Part shown: piece after piece, positions 63,401-64,000 of the stretch | How positions within the stretch are numbered: position 1 is the first letter of the stretch | Layout: each line of letters starts with the position of its first letter | Translations under genes and position numbers: made by a program | The notes under the pieces: model-generated | Told to the model about the DNA's origin: nothing | The model's input: only the letters and a program-made list of their open reading frames with translations | The model's database searches: none | Virus record (IMG/VR): IMGVR_UViG_3300037067_004861 | From: a virus | Taxonomy: Duplodnaviria > Heunggongvirae > Uroviricota > Caudoviricetes | Strand: one strand, 5' to 3' | DNA length: 64,000 nucleotides

Positions 63401-63745
63401 AGCCGCCACTTCATCGAAATTAACCCCCAGTTCACTGCTTAAAGCAGTAACGCGACCAATTGTATCACCTAACTCTTGACCGCGAACACGGCCTAAGTCG
63501 ATCATTCGGAATAACTTACCAGATACCGTTTCGGCATCGGAAGCAGCCATGCCATAACTATTCATTACAGCAGAAAGCAAATTCACTGACGAACCAAGGT
63601 CAGTTACTGCCGCGATAGAAAAATCACTAGCTGTTTGCAATAAATTAAAAGTATCGGCGGCCCCCACTACCTGGTTGGATAGAATCTCATACGTACCTTC
63701 TGTAACCGCTTTTAGTGGTTGTCCAGTGGCCTCAGAGAAAGCCAT
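60434..63745 (-). CDS. Tail tape-measure protein; the open frame probably continues upstream past the window end, so it is partial
   Basis: More than 1100 aa, long coiled-coil Ala/Gln/Lys-rich body, TP901-type N-terminal core (SAVMNSYGMAASD...LGRVRGQELGDT). Confidence 0.75.
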   Translation of the reverse strand: MAFSEATGQPLKAVTEGTYEILSNQVVGAADTFNLLQTASDFSIAAVTDLGSSVNLLSAVMNSYGMAASDAETVSGKLFRMIDLGRVRGQELGDTIGRVTALSSELGVNFDEVAASLATLTISGIKYNEAYTLITNIELKLIKPTEALRQRFDELGIASSEAGIQAYGFQGFLTKITEGSNATATELGELYSRVRAIRGALGLTGQSAERYISYLQQIKEASASTLEKSKALVFNTNAKQVEIELNKVSVAFTKIGRDITAYSLTFFKFFGGAPAAIGAMTKALVVATATWYVASKVIKGTFQSWVTGFATAQIAANKTAQALGILTFQVTGLRGIFLNATNALKSLMKSPLTWAAIAFAAVAALQAVYNRASAAAKAADDEIIKSTEARHKANLVAVRAEIEAAQEGASKQLSVLQQYLQDRAKLYNEMISTTGQLEEIQFNSLKDQLKESGTAANAFFDSIIMRAKDADSTVIPINFTFNKYAVTSAFDDLISKTKDLHGALKPINEALKDLFFEFKDFNFERSLRSLSEAEQIKKRIAESQRLQQQSIAAFRQGNTELAKDYSTQAKEQAKTALSSADQIKNVDLVRKAEDNVRNSLRQQADIQKALGQQIINRGKLAKQESASIQQSKTYLNSLIDTYTAQRKKMEQMDKDAAGGLINLDPEQRAKAEAELKQIAKLIDEELTNIKGKGGLAKALGLTEEFRGVSGINFFDPITGQVTTFEKATIASIDRIEARFQTFAASASKSMQPIIDSLVGAGTPFEQQNRLATLGQQLGDYSTAQKTVGEEQERINATLEREGTIRDRLRAELEKTKFVTPIDFDSSALITDLDNRVAKLFESMRSGQTDTVEFAQQLKDLSAIADSFGEARGKKGLFSGYLSGLLEGDESSVLRELIGLATEASEAQGRIGKETEKMDVGSTAMSRLKQFEGAIKSWETKNITSSQNVGSALNNNIASGASAGAGAVNAAAQSMIGALQAVSAQAVATAQAIAQASAQTSTGKQLGGLLYRASGGFTRGTDKIPAMLSPGEFIANPKASRQFYTQLVAMNAGMRPSFKSNGGPVVNVGDINVNMSGTNNNRQDALNVATVIRREIRRNTLKLS

Positions 63746-64000
63746 GACTTGGTTGGCTAATCCCTCGAAGTCTCCCTGATACTTTTCACCGATAGTCTGG
63801 ATTTCAGCTAAATTGATTTCAAATTCACGAGCGGCTGTTGCGGCATCAACAAAGGCACTTGTTAAACTAGAAACTGCCTGGTGTATATACTGAATAGCAA
63901 AAATACGAACAACAGCCTGCCAACTAAGAATCGTGGATAAGAATGATTTCTTATTCTTTTCCGCAGTTTCTTCAATTACATTACCTAATTGCTGTTGTGT

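Noticed and set aside
1-64000. Diversity-generating retroelement, retron or reverse-transcriptase-based system
   Set aside because: No reverse-transcriptase motifs (YxDD) were seen in any long ORF, and no template/variable repeat pair next to a structural gene.

Overview
This 64-kb window looks like part of a large AT-rich tailed dsDNA bacteriophage genome. Most genes are on the minus strand, and I judged GC content by eye rather than computing it.

Layout, left to right:
- About 1-5000: a visibly GC-richer block. It holds a ParB-like gene, two near-consensus sigma70-type promoters on the minus strand, a clustered palindromic motif (GGAATCC-N-GGATTCC) and about 1 kb of repeat-laden non-coding DNA with a 38-bp-arm perfect inverted repeat.
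- About 5-30 kb: a long array of small minus-strand genes that looks like an early region. It has many tandem paralog families, several cysteine-rich (CxxC)n proteins, a radical-SAM enzyme, a DNA ligase, a PD-(D/E)XK nuclease, an SPFH protein and a phage sigma factor. It also carries four canonical tRNAs (Lys-UUU, Ile-UAU, Thr-UGU, Asn-GUU) and a duplicated non-canonical tRNA-like element.
- About 26.7-29.4 kb: three paralogous pentapeptide-repeat proteins sharing an unrecognised C-terminal domain. A CDA-fold deaminase and tRNA-Ile(UAU) sit between them.
- About 30-47 kb: nucleotide-metabolism and replication genes on the minus strand. These are DeoC, NDK, a DEDDh exonuclease, NYN and VRR-NUC proteins, family-A DNA polymerase, a ParB-like protein, a GC-rich DNA methyltransferase, a metallophosphoesterase, a SNF2 helicase with a mini-intein in its P-loop, and a third ParB-like protein.
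- 46.8-47.3 kb: an iteron-rich, origin-like divergent region.
- 47.3-53.1 kb: a plus-strand operon with primase-helicase, a dNMP-kinase-like protein, a nucleoside deoxyribosyltransferase-like protein, Dam methyltransferase and a DEDDh exonuclease. It ends at a bidirectional terminator.
- 53.2-64 kb: a minus-strand tail module with a tape-measure protein that reaches the window edge.

All functional calls come from motifs read by eye in the supplied translations. No database searches were run.
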